Assembly: GCA_964584615.1 (NCBI GenBank)
Contig: CAZPBE010000030.1
Coordinates: 3,594-67,593, forward strand
Source: an uncultured Pirellulaceae bacterium
GTDB taxonomy: Bacteria; Planctomycetota; Planctomycetia; Pirellulales; Pirellulaceae
Direction: 5' to 3'
Length of the DNA stretch: 64,000 bases
Below the pieces are notes generated by a model, which made no database searches, was not told where the DNA came from, and was given only the letters and a program-made list of their open reading frames with translations. Of this stretch, positions 36,053 to 45,158 are shown piece after piece. A program made the translations under genes and the position numbers. Position 1 is the stretch's first letter. Each line of letters begins with the position of its first letter.

Positions 36053-39000
36053 ATGAAGCTGAAAGAATTAGCCATTGAAGGCTACGCGGATGCAACGCGT
36101 TACGCGGGTGCAAACCCACCCAACAATTTTTCTTCAACGAACTTTTCGAAAATTAAACTCGGTCAGTTTAGTGGCGGATTGAATTTCGTTTATGGAGAGG
36201 CGGGTACCGGAAAGACGACGCTGCGCCAACGTGTGCGCGATGCTTTATTCGGATCGCATTCGGTCAATACAGAATTGACGACCAATACAAAGATCGGCGA
36301 TTGCACATTGACGTTTACCGACGGCGTCAATCAACTTCAAGCAAACACCACTTCGACGACGCTTAGCGAGTTCAACAAGTGCGATCCAGACTACTTTGAC
36401 TCAGTGTTTAGTGTTGGATTCCGAGATCCTTCGCAAAGCGTTTCGCGATTGGCTAACACGTTGCGGCAGCGGCTTGGCGTACCGACCGGGTCACAGGCAG
36501 CGGGCGACGAGTCGCTTTATCTCAAGCATCAACATGAGCAGGAAACAAGACGCAAGCGATTGGAAACGCTGCGTCAGGAAGTCAGTTCCTTGCAGGCCGA
36601 GCGCCAAGGATTACAAACAGAGATTGACGCCGAGAAGATCCAAACACAATCGAAAGCCGTTGAGCTTGATCGGCAAATCTCAGCGTTGCATCAGCGGATT
36701 GGCGAGTTTGAAAATCAACAACGAAGCAAACATCAAATCGAGTTGGAAATTGCCAACGCAGAGCGGGAAGCTGCCTTGTTGCGAGACCAAATTCAAAACA
36801 TGGGTGTGACTTATATCCAAACTCACACACCCGTCGCCGCGCCAGCAGTTGTAGAACAACCCGCAGACGTAACGCAGCTTTATTCTCGACTTGACGAGAT
36901 TGAACGACAGATTCATCGGTGGCGAAAAATCCAATCCGAGATCCAGGCGCAACGTGTGCGGCTCAAGGATGAAATGCTCGCATGGAAACAATTGACGATC
37001 GATTCGGTTGATCATCCTTATCACAACGCGCGACAGATTTTGCTCGAATTGGAAAAACGCGTTGATCGTGCGGAACATCAAGCGCAGCCGTGGCTGCAGA
37101 CACACGGACCTGAGGACGCAGAACAAGCGGCTCACTTCGTCAGCGATGCGTGCAAGGCAACTCGTGACGACCTCAACCGTTTGTGCCACGAGTTGTCGGA
37201 GCCTTATACGCAGATCCGTCACAAGTATGCAGCTTCGGAACTGAAACAGCTTCGTCACTACTACAACGAAATGGGTGACAACATTGAGGATTTGTTGCGA
37301 CGACGTTCAGCGACCATCCAGGAAATCGGAGCAGTCGATCCTCAGGGTGCCGATGCCGTCGTGCGAGCGGACAAAGAGTTTTCCAAGCTGGCAATTCAAG
37401 AAGGCAACTACGCAGCCCGATGTCGGTTCGTGGGAAATGTGCCAACCAAGAACGTACCGGTCACGCGAGCGGTCGAACCTACTTATCAAGCCGTTCCTGC
37501 CGACACGACCGTTCAACGCCAGTCGCTGGCTGTGTTGGAGTCTCGAATCACTTCGCTTCGCGGGACTTACTCGTCCGGCCATGTTGAAACTGAACCGCTT
37601 CGTTTGCAACTAGCTGAATTGACGCGTCAACGGAGCTTGATCGGTTCCGCTCTCGAAACTCAATATCGTGTTCGGTTGGACCAGTTGAATATCGACGTTC
37701 AGAATCGGGAAACGGAGATCCGTTCGCTGTCTTTGCTCATTGAGCAGAATCAGAACTTTGTTGTCACGCCACCGAATCGAATTTTGGTCGAATCGGCCGA
37801 GTATCTTAACCGGCTCACTGGCGGTGAATTGACCAAGGTTTGGTTGGAACCTTCAACCGATTTGACGGGCGCAGGATTAGCGGGTTCAAATGGGATTCAA
37901 GTTCGCGATCGTTTCGGAAAGGTTTTGAATTTTTCTGCTGTCGAACCTGATTTGCAAACGCTGACACTGTTGTCGATCGTGTTGGCGGCAAAGCAGTCAC
38001 TGCATGAACAGCAAGTTGATCTGCCGCTTTGGCTTGATGATTTGTTTGCCAGTTTGGAAAAGTCACGAGTCAATCCGACGCTTGATCTGCTGGCCGATTT
38101 TTGCCGCGACAACGTGCATCAAGTCATCGTCTTGACGCAACACAAGTTTTTGGCTGATCGGATGCCGGGTTTGCCTTCGTTTGAGTTGGCACCGAGGCCA
38201 TTCGCTCCGTTGAGTTATCCCGCTCCTGAGCCGGCCAGGCCCGCATCGGTTCCGCGAGTCAAACCATGGCGCAGTGCGTTACCGGAAAACGTTGCCGTCG
38301 CTTCGCCGACAGCGCCCATCGTCGTTAACTCGCCGAAAGTGCTTCGACCAGATGACTTTGCATCGGCGACACTAACTGTAAGTTCCCAAATTCCTGTCGC
38401 CCCTGTGCTGCGGACTTATGCCGAACCCGTTGTTCAGCCGATTCAAGCCGCGACGGCGCCGAAGAGAGATTGGGGATTGGAACGTGCGGCTGCTTATCCG
38501 CAATCCGTTTCGTCGCGCAAGTATCCGCTTTCGAAATACAAATCCAGCTTCGATCGACAGGAAACATCGACGCTTGAGACTGACTCTGTCTACCAATCGC
38601 AAGCGGCTCAAGTCGGTCGTACCAATCCACGCGTTGCCAGCGTCTCGGTCAATGAGGTTGGCGATCGCCTAGGCCAGGCCGTTTCCACAACAGAAATGAC
38701 GTTGATTGAATCAGTCAATTTTTTCGACAGCGCGCAACTTAGAGTATTGAATCAACGGCAAATAGAAACCGTTGGCGATTTTCTCGATTTGGAACCGACA
38801 ACTGCCTCGTCAGATTTTGACAGTGTAAGTTTGACGGCTGATACGATTAGCAAGATCCAGGAAGCGATGGGCTTGCTATGTGTGGTTGCCAACCTGCAAT
38901 CTCTCGAAGCTCAATTGTTGGTGGCATCTGGAATCACTGAGTCAACGCATCTCGCAACTTCGAATTCGAAAAAACTTTTTGAACGTCTTGAGCGATTTCT

Positions 39001-39982
39001 TCGTTCTCCCGAAGGTCGGCCCTTCGCAAATTCTCAACGAACGCTAAGCATAGGTTTGGTTGAGCAATGGCAACGCAGTGCTCAGGCTTTTCGGAATCGC
39101 AGCGGAGGAGCTGGATCAGGCGAACGTCGGTCTAGAACTCGGCGCTCGGAAAATCATCGATCCGATCGTCAGCCGCAATTTCGAACTTATCCGTATCCAG
39201 AATCTGAATCCCGGCAAGAACCAGATCGGGAGAATTATCAATCCCGATCCAACGGTCGAACAAGATCGCGTTATGATCGAACACGAGATTCGAACACGAA
39301 CGAGAACCATCAGCGCGATCAGCGTGATCAACGCGGTTTCGCTCCACGTCCTGCGAGAATGGATTTTGCGCGTCGAACTGAAGACAAAAACGTTCCTCGA
39401 GTGGTGCCACAGCCGTTGGCGCCAGCCAGCGTGACAGCGCTTGCTTCACGTGCTTCTGGCGCGTCGAGTTCGAAACGTCGCAGTACCAAAAAGGCCAAGC
39501 CGAGGGCTTCGCGCCGGGTGGGCCATCAGTCTCCAACCGGGAACTTGAAGTTCTACCTTGAGCTGACCGATCACATCGAAGCTGCTCCATCGATCGGAAC
39601 CAAAACGGCCCAGCGATTTGAAAAGATTGGTGTGTTCACCATCGCCGATTTTCTCAAGCAAACGGCTGAGTCGCTGTCGCAAAAATTAAACTACAAACGA
39701 ATGTCGGCCAACGTGGTTCGTCAGTGGCAACATCAAGCCCGATTGGTTTGTCGTGTTCCAAATCTGCGAGGACACGACGCACAGTTGTTGGTCGCTTGTG
39801 ATATTGTTGATCCCGAAGAGCTGGCGACGATGCAGCCAACTAAGTTGTTTGACATCATTGGGCCGTTTTCCGAGACCAGTGCGGGTTTGAAAATCATTCG
39901 TAACGGAAAGCAACCGGATCTGGCTGAGATTACCGACTGGATTGATTTCGCTCAGAATACGCGATCCATTCAGGCTGCGTAA
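36053..39982 (+). CDS. Rad50/SbcC/SMC-type ATPase with a long coiled coil, fused to a ~600-aa C-terminal extension carrying two DUF4332-like helix-hairpin-helix modules
   Basis: 1309 aa. Walker A GEAGTGKTT; a Q/E/R-rich heptad region spanning about aa 150-560; signature-like RLTGGELTKV; Walker B LPLWLDDLFASLE; H-loop VIVLTQH. These are followed by P-rich linkers, two related modules (ETVGDFLDL...EAQLLVASGI...KKLFERL and FTIADFLKQ...DAQLLVACDI...TKLFDII) and an R/S/D/N/Q-rich tract. Confidence 0.8.
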   Translation: MKLKELAIEGYADATRYAGANPPNNFSSTNFSKIKLGQFSGGLNFVYGEAGTGKTTLRQRVRDALFGSHSVNTELTTNTKIGDCTLTFTDGVNQLQANTTSTTLSEFNKCDPDYFDSVFSVGFRDPSQSVSRLANTLRQRLGVPTGSQAAGDESLYLKHQHEQETRRKRLETLRQEVSSLQAERQGLQTEIDAEKIQTQSKAVELDRQISALHQRIGEFENQQRSKHQIELEIANAEREAALLRDQIQNMGVTYIQTHTPVAAPAVVEQPADVTQLYSRLDEIERQIHRWRKIQSEIQAQRVRLKDEMLAWKQLTIDSVDHPYHNARQILLELEKRVDRAEHQAQPWLQTHGPEDAEQAAHFVSDACKATRDDLNRLCHELSEPYTQIRHKYAASELKQLRHYYNEMGDNIEDLLRRRSATIQEIGAVDPQGADAVVRADKEFSKLAIQEGNYAARCRFVGNVPTKNVPVTRAVEPTYQAVPADTTVQRQSLAVLESRITSLRGTYSSGHVETEPLRLQLAELTRQRSLIGSALETQYRVRLDQLNIDVQNRETEIRSLSLLIEQNQNFVVTPPNRILVESAEYLNRLTGGELTKVWLEPSTDLTGAGLAGSNGIQVRDRFGKVLNFSAVEPDLQTLTLLSIVLAAKQSLHEQQVDLPLWLDDLFASLEKSRVNPTLDLLADFCRDNVHQVIVLTQHKFLADRMPGLPSFELAPRPFAPLSYPAPEPARPASVPRVKPWRSALPENVAVASPTAPIVVNSPKVLRPDDFASATLTVSSQIPVAPVLRTYAEPVVQPIQAATAPKRDWGLERAAAYPQSVSSRKYPLSKYKSSFDRQETSTLETDSVYQSQAAQVGRTNPRVASVSVNEVGDRLGQAVSTTEMTLIESVNFFDSAQLRVLNQRQIETVGDFLDLEPTTASSDFDSVSLTADTISKIQEAMGLLCVVANLQSLEAQLLVASGITESTHLATSNSKKLFERLERFLRSPEGRPFANSQRTLSIGLVEQWQRSAQAFRNRSGGAGSGERRSRTRRSENHRSDRQPQFRTYPYPESESRQEPDRENYQSRSNGRTRSRYDRTRDSNTNENHQRDQRDQRGFAPRPARMDFARRTEDKNVPRVVPQPLAPASVTALASRASGASSSKRRSTKKAKPRASRRVGHQSPTGNLKFYLELTDHIEAAPSIGTKTAQRFEKIGVFTIADFLKQTAESLSQKLNYKRMSANVVRQWQHQARLVCRVPNLRGHDAQLLVACDIVDPEELATMQPTKLFDIIGPFSETSAGLKIIRNGKQPDLAEITDWIDFAQNTRSIQAA

Positions 39983-40010
39983 CAGCCGTCGATGTTTCTA
40001 GAACGATCAT

Positions 40011-40052
40011 AAAAAAACGGTCGAACCATTTTGGTTCGACCGTTTGTTGTTT
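40011..40052. terminator. Bidirectional rho-independent terminator between convergent genes
   Basis: AAAAAAA-CGGTCGAACCA-tttt-GGTTCGACCG-TTTGTTGTTT. Confidence 0.85.
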
Positions 40053-40094
40053 GCAATTGCTAAGGGCCATGAAAATTAATCATGGTTGCAGCAA

Positions 40095-40751
40095 CTATTT
40101 TCCATCGTCAGCCGATGGAGGCAATACGACGCCTTCTGATTCAACTGCTTCTTTGGCAGCTTCGATTGCATCTTCTTTGTTGACCGTCAAGGTTTGCTCG
40201 ACGGGAGCTTCAACGATATCCGAAGGTGATGACTGAACGGCGATGGTTGGCTCGGCTGGTTCCATCACTGAGTTTTCGATGATAGCGCCTTCGACGATCG
40301 CACCTTCAACAACGCCAGACGATTCGATGACTGAGTTTTCCACAGCCATGCCATCGAAATACGATCCGTTGTCGATGTAACTGTTATCCATCACAGTGTT
40401 TTCAACTGCACCTTCGTAAACGCTGCTGTCACTGAAAGGAACAGTTTCCATTGCTGGAACAGTTTCGAATGCTGGAACAGTTTCGAATGCTGGAATCGTT
40501 TCCATTGTTGGAGTCGTCGCAAATGCTGGTGTGGATTCGATGATGTTGGTGGCTTGAACAGGAGTGTTTACCGCTGGAGCAACGGCTTGAACGCACGTGT
40601 TAGCGGTAGGGGCTGGGCAGCATGCTGCGTTGCGATTACCAAACAAGCCTCGCAAACGGCCATTGAATAGTTGTGCACTTGCAGTTTCACTGACTGTCAA
40701 CGCGATTGCAAAAACTGCAAACGCGACCAAGAAATTCCGACTCTGAAACAT
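40095..40751 (-). CDS. Secreted low-complexity repeat protein (acidic; A/V/E/T/P-rich)
   Basis: Signal peptide MFQSRNFLVAFAVFAIALTVSETASAQ with GGAG upstream. Repeats read METIPAFETVPAFETVPAMETVPF, encoded by 18-bp DNA units at about 40437-40528, plus VEGAIVEGAII. Confidence 0.7.
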   Translation of the reverse strand: MFQSRNFLVAFAVFAIALTVSETASAQLFNGRLRGLFGNRNAACCPAPTANTCVQAVAPAVNTPVQATNIIESTPAFATTPTMETIPAFETVPAFETVPAMETVPFSDSSVYEGAVENTVMDNSYIDNGSYFDGMAVENSVIESSGVVEGAIVEGAIIENSVMEPAEPTIAVQSSPSDIVEAPVEQTLTVNKEDAIEAAKEAVESEGVVLPPSADDGK

Positions 40752-40861
40752 TGTATCTCCACTTTGTTAAAGCCGCAGTAATGCGGCATGCTATTTTGAA
40801 CGCGACGATTCGCGAAGAAATCAGCCTTCCAAAGTGATAGGAATTGTCTAAAAGTCAATCG

Positions 40862-40892
40862 AAAAAAACGGAAGTTAGAGAGCTTTCTCCCG
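40862..40892 (-). terminator. Probable terminator after pckA
   Basis: An imperfect minus-strand hairpin, CGGGAGAAAGCTCTCTAACTTCCG, is followed by TTTTTTT. Confidence 0.45.
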
Positions 40893-40941
40893 GTTATCGT
40901 GACCTTTCTTACAGCAACCGCCTCTTCCTTCTTGGGGGAAG

Positions 40942-42537
40942 CTAAACGGTTGGACCCGCAGCTAACAACTCCGGCGACGCCTGATCCTGATACGCGGCGA
41001 AGTTGTTCCGGAATGAGGTCGCCAAGACTTTGGATTTGGCATCGTACTCGCTGGGCTTGGACCAAGTCCCGCGAGGCTGAAGCATTTTCCCTGGTACGCC
41101 TGTGCAAGCCTTAGGAATTCGCAAACCGAAGTACGGATCCTCAACGTAATCAGCGTTGACTAACGAGCCATTGTGAATCGCATCAATAATCGCTCGCGTG
41201 TGTTTCAAGCTAATTCGCGAACCGATCCCATAGGGGCCACCTGTCCAACCTGTGTTTACCAGCCACGCAGTTGAGCCATGAATCGTCATCTGGTGGGCCA
41301 GCAGATCGGCATACTTGATCGGATGCCAAACGAGGAATGCGGCGCCGAAACAAGCCGAAAAAGTTGCTTCGGGTTCGGAAACGCCAACTTCGGTTCCGGC
41401 GACTTTCGCCGTGTAGCCACTGATGAAATGATACATGGCTTGCTCCTTCGTCAGCTTGCTCACTGGAGGAAGCACACCAAACGCGTCGCAAGTCAAAAAG
41501 ATAATGTTGCGAGGAGAGCCGGTGATGCAAGGGATCATTGCATTGTCGATGTACTCGATTGGATAAGAGCAACGCGTGTTTTGCGTGATGCTGGTGTCGG
41601 AAAAATCGACAACATGCGTTTGTGGATCCTGCACTGTGTTTTCCAAAACGGCGCCGTATCGAATGGCGTTAAAAATTTGCGGTTCTTTCTCAGCCGACAG
41701 ATCAATGCACTTCGCGTAGCAGCCGCCTTCAATGTTCGATACGTTGTCTTTGTGCCAGATGTGCTCGTCATCGCCGACGAGACGACGATCGGGGTCGGCA
41801 GACAAAGTTGTTTTTCCAGTTCCCGACAACCCGAAAAATAGAGACACGTCACCGCTCTTTCCAACATTGCACGAGCAGTGCATCGACAACACATCACGCT
41901 TGGGCATCAAATAGTTCATGATCGTGAACACGCCTTTTTTCATCTCGCCGGCATACTCTGTACCAAGAATGACCATTTCGCCGCGGTCGAAATTAAGTGC
42001 GACACAGGTATCCGTTTCGACACCGTCGATGCTTGGATCGGCTTTCGCGGAACCGGCATTAAAAATCGTGTAGTCAGGCTCGCCGAAGGACTCCAATTCT
42101 TCTTTCGTCGGGCGAATCAGCATGTTGTGCATGAACAACGCATGGTAGGCGCGCGAGCAAACGATCCTGATCTTTAGGCGGCACGACGGGTCCCAGCCCG
42201 CAAACGCGTCGAGGATGTAAAAGTGATCACAATTGTCGAGATAATCGGTCGCTTGTTTGCGCAACTTTTCATACGAATCTTCTTTCATCGCGATGTTGAC
42301 ATCGCCCCACCATACATCGTTCTCGATGCTGGCTTGTTTAACCAGACGTTTGTCCGTTGGGCTACGTCCTGTTTTGGTCCCGGAGAAAGAGGCAATGCCG
42401 CCAGTGCTGGTGATGGTGCTGCTATCAAAAAGGATGGCTTCTTCGTAAAGTTTCGCGGGCACCGTATTGCGGTAAATTCCTTCTGAAAATTTGCCGCTTT
42501 GGATCGCTTCGACGCGAGATCCTTGCTTAGTAGACAT
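40942..42537 (-). CDS. pckA: Phosphoenolpyruvate carboxykinase (ATP)
   Basis: 531 aa. Has the kinase-1a motif FFGLSGTGKTTLSADP, GDDEHIW and IEGGCYAK. Length is typical of ATP-dependent PckA. Confidence 0.95.
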   Translation of the reverse strand: MSTKQGSRVEAIQSGKFSEGIYRNTVPAKLYEEAILFDSSTITSTGGIASFSGTKTGRSPTDKRLVKQASIENDVWWGDVNIAMKEDSYEKLRKQATDYLDNCDHFYILDAFAGWDPSCRLKIRIVCSRAYHALFMHNMLIRPTKEELESFGEPDYTIFNAGSAKADPSIDGVETDTCVALNFDRGEMVILGTEYAGEMKKGVFTIMNYLMPKRDVLSMHCSCNVGKSGDVSLFFGLSGTGKTTLSADPDRRLVGDDEHIWHKDNVSNIEGGCYAKCIDLSAEKEPQIFNAIRYGAVLENTVQDPQTHVVDFSDTSITQNTRCSYPIEYIDNAMIPCITGSPRNIIFLTCDAFGVLPPVSKLTKEQAMYHFISGYTAKVAGTEVGVSEPEATFSACFGAAFLVWHPIKYADLLAHQMTIHGSTAWLVNTGWTGGPYGIGSRISLKHTRAIIDAIHNGSLVNADYVEDPYFGLRIPKACTGVPGKMLQPRGTWSKPSEYDAKSKVLATSFRNNFAAYQDQASPELLAAGPTV

Positions 42538-42725
42538 GGTCGCTCTAAATAGTTGTACTTATGGGTATTAACTAGTGATAACAAAGACGAATAACAATTC
42601 CGCAAAGGCCGTCAAATTTCCGTCAGGCAGGTGTCATGGACCTGATGCTACCACTAGCACGTTTTTTGATCTCTAAAGACTACCCGTAACTCTTTGTTTG
42701 AATAGACCTTTACGAAGATAAATCC

Positions 42726-42765
42726 GAAGCCCGGGCAAAAATGCCGAAGCGCGGTCAAAAATGTT
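42726..42765. repeat. 20-bp tandem direct repeat, two copies, in the pckA / Cys-Pro gene divergent region
   Basis: GAAGCCCGGGCAAAAATGCC (42726-42745) and GAAGCGCGGTCAAAAATGTT (42746-42765) match at 15 of 20 positions. Confidence 0.6.
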
Positions 42766-43045
42766 GCCACAGCGGTTAGGGGTCAGCCAGCACCGACATT
42801 GTATGCAACTTATCGAAGTCGGTCGGTCCGAGATTTGATTTATTGTTTTTTCGCTAAGTCTTCCGTTGTGGTCCATGTTTTGCAACGACCACGGGCGGTT
42901 GCGGAACAGCATGAAAAGCTGAGAATACGAAAAGTTAACGTTTGTGCTCGTTCGCCGTGAAGCCGGGTAACTCTTGCATTCATGGAGCACGCGCTAGTTT
43001 TAAAGATTCTAAAATAGAACATTGAATTACTCCGAGGAGATCCAG

Positions 43046-43729
43046 ATGAATCGAATTTTGATGACTGCAGTTTTGGCGGTCACGATTGTTTTTTCCAGTA
43101 ACAGCATTGCTGATGCTGGATTGTTCGATAATTGTTGCAAGCCCAGATGCGGTTTGTTTTCCAGGTTGAAGGCCAATCGTTGTGCCCCGAAATGTCGGCC
43201 AGTTTGTGGGCCGCCTGTCGTACGGTGTGCTCCACCAGTACGTCGTTGCCGACCCGCTTGTCCTCCACCTGTCCAAGTTTGTGCACCAACACCCGTTTGT
43301 GCACCAGCTCCTGTTTGTGCACCAGCTCCTGTTTGTGCACCAGCACCCGTGTGTGCACCTGCACCGGTTGTGGTCTCGGCACCCGTCGTCTCGGCACCGA
43401 TCGTAGCGTCAGCACCAGTGTGTGCTCCTGCGTGTCCGGCACCAGCTCCAGTCTGCGCACCGGCTCCGGTTTGTGCTCCTGCATGTCCACCACCTGTACC
43501 AGTTTGTGCAACTCCTTGCCCGGCGCCACGACGAGTTTGCCGTGCACCACTCCCCGTGCGAACATGCCAGCCAGTTTGTCCTCCAAGACCGGCTTTGGTT
43601 CGATCTTGTCCACCACCACGTCGATCTTGTGCTCCGAAACGATCATGTCGCTTGGCATCGCGTTCAAGTTGCTCACCATGTCGGACACGACCGAGACTAT
43701 TTGCTGGTTTGGGAAACCGCTGTCGCTAA
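43046..43729 (+). CDS. Secreted cysteine/proline-rich repeat protein ((C-A-P-A-P-V)n)
   Basis: ATG 43046 is preceded by GAGGAG. Signal peptide MNRILMTAVLAVTIVFSSNSIADA. By my count the mature part has about 30 Cys in about 200 residues, embedded in P/A/V. A terminator hairpin follows. The other two open frames over this repeat lack start and signal features. Confidence 0.7.
   Translation: MNRILMTAVLAVTIVFSSNSIADAGLFDNCCKPRCGLFSRLKANRCAPKCRPVCGPPVVRCAPPVRRCRPACPPPVQVCAPTPVCAPAPVCAPAPVCAPAPVCAPAPVVVSAPVVSAPIVASAPVCAPACPAPAPVCAPAPVCAPACPPPVPVCATPCPAPRRVCRAPLPVRTCQPVCPPRPALVRSCPPPRRSCAPKRSCRLASRSSCSPCRTRPRLFAGLGNRCR
43280..43369 (+). repeat. Five tandem 18-bp in-frame units encoding CAP(A/T)PV
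   Basis: TGTGCACCAACACCCGTT, TGTGCACCAGCTCCTGTT (twice), TGTGCACCAGCACCCGTG and TGTGCACCTGCACCGGTT. Confidence 0.9.
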
Positions 43730-43795
43730 GGCACGGTGAATAATCTAGCCAGCTATTTGCGTTGATTCGCAATATCCGGTTGCAAAGAACTAGAA

Positions 43796-43829
43796 AAGGC
43801 GGAAGATTTCTTCCGCCTTTGTTCTTTTT
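43796..43829 (+). terminator. Rho-independent terminator after the Cys/Pro-rich gene
   Basis: AAGGCGGAAG-attt-CTTCCGCCTT followed by TGTTCTTTTT. Confidence 0.8.
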
Positions 43830-43879
43830 ATAGAGCGGAGTTTTACAAAGCAATCCGACCCATGCGAACTTAGAATTTG

Positions 43880-45043
43880 ATGACCAGCCAAAACAATGCC
43901 GATCAAATCACCGACGAAGCTTGGATGCGGCAAGCCCTCGATCTCGCGCTGCGTGGACAAGGGTGGGTCGAACCCAATCCGATGGTGGGTTGCGTGTTGG
44001 TAAAAGATGGAGAGTGTATCGGTCGTGGTTGGCACGAGAAGTTTGGATCAGCCCACGCGGAAGTCAATGCAATCGCCGATGCCGCGTCCCAAGGACATTC
44101 AACAACGGGAGCAACCGCTTACGTGACGCTTGAGCCGTGTGCCCACCAAGGGAAGACAGGGCCTTGCTCGAAAGCGTTGATTGACGCCGAGATCGCCAAG
44201 ATTGTGATTGCAGTTTCCGATCCGTTTGAAAAAGTCGCGGGTCGTGGCATCAAAGAAATAGGAGCCGCCGGCGTCGAAGTCAAAACGGGTGTGCTGGAAG
44301 GCGATGCTCGTAATGTCTTGGCACCGTACCTCAAGGTTGTCCAAAAAAGAAAACCCTGGGTGATGGCCAAGTGGGCGATGACCCTTGACGGAAAGATCGC
44401 AACCATTTCTGGCGATAGCAAGTGGATTTCCAATGAAGATTCACGCGAGATTGTCCATCAACTTCGCAGCCGTGTTGACGCCATCATGGTCGGTTCTCAA
44501 ACAGTAGCGGCTGACGATCCAATGTTGACCGCACGACCGGCCAGCCTCGATCGCTCTGAGAAGTATCGCGCACCGGCGCGAGTGCCCCTACGCGTCGTTG
44601 TCGATTCACCTGCGCGGACTGCAATTGTTTCCTCGTTGGTCAAAACGGCCAAAGAGTTTCCTACGTTGATTGCTGTTGGTCCACAACACGACGCGCGGCA
44701 AGCCAAGCGGATGGTTGATGCTGGTTGCGAAGTTTGGATCGGAGACAGTCTCGATCGTCACCGGCGGCTGCTTGAATTGTTGCTACATCTCGCAGATCGA
44801 GGTGTAACTAATCTGATGGTCGAGGGTGGTGGAGAGTTGCTTGGCTCGTTCCATGATTTGAACGAAATTGATGAAGCTCATGTGTTCGTGGCACCGAAGA
44901 TTGTCGGTGGTCTGAATTCTATTTCTCCCGTCGCTGGCCTCGATCGCGAACTAATGTCAACTGCCAATGAGTTGGAACTTCAGTGGGCTCAACGTATCGG
45001 GCAGGATGTTTATATTTATTCGCGAAGACGTGGGGAATCATAA
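43880..45043 (+). CDS. ribD: Bifunctional riboflavin biosynthesis protein RibD (pyrimidine deaminase / uracil reductase)
   Basis: Deaminase zinc motifs HAEVNAI and TLEPCAHQGKTGPC, followed by the reductase domain (AMTLDGKIAT...VEGGGELLGSF). Confidence 0.95.
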   Translation: MTSQNNADQITDEAWMRQALDLALRGQGWVEPNPMVGCVLVKDGECIGRGWHEKFGSAHAEVNAIADAASQGHSTTGATAYVTLEPCAHQGKTGPCSKALIDAEIAKIVIAVSDPFEKVAGRGIKEIGAAGVEVKTGVLEGDARNVLAPYLKVVQKRKPWVMAKWAMTLDGKIATISGDSKWISNEDSREIVHQLRSRVDAIMVGSQTVAADDPMLTARPASLDRSEKYRAPARVPLRVVVDSPARTAIVSSLVKTAKEFPTLIAVGPQHDARQAKRMVDAGCEVWIGDSLDRHRRLLELLLHLADRGVTNLMVEGGGELLGSFHDLNEIDEAHVFVAPKIVGGLNSISPVAGLDRELMSTANELELQWAQRIGQDVYIYSRRRGES

Positions 45044-45158
45044 CGGGAGGGCGAGGCTTCCGCCGAGCCGGAGGATTGAGTCGTTAACCACATGTTGCCG
45101 CGTCCCGCCCAAACGTCCCCACGACCGCGCCCAAGGCTGATGGAAAGTACGAAACAAC

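Noticed and set aside
39150-39345. GATC cluster (8 sites in about 190 bp) that could suggest an origin or SeqA-type region
   Set aside because: It lies inside the R/S/D-rich coding tract, where CGA-TCN and GAT-CGN codons generate GATC. CGATCG is common throughout this window, and there is no dnaA or DnaA-box context.
36053-39982. Reading the SMC-like ATPase as a Lamassu/Wadjet/Gabija-type anti-phage defence gene
   Set aside because: No effector nuclease, kleisin-like or other partner gene is adjacent. The flanks are housekeeping or lineage-typical genes, and there are no mobile-element hallmarks. Defence cannot be excluded, but nothing in the sequence supports it.
43080-43853. Alternative long ORFs over the Cys/Pro repeat: minus strand 43080-43853 and plus strand 43132-43743
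   Set aside because: The repeat DNA keeps several frames open. Only the 43046 frame has an RBS, a signal peptide and a downstream terminator in the correct orientation.
43730-43879. FMN riboswitch upstream of ribD
   Set aside because: The 150-nt gap is mostly occupied by the terminator of the upstream gene. It is too short and lacks the conserved multi-stem FMN-element features I would expect.
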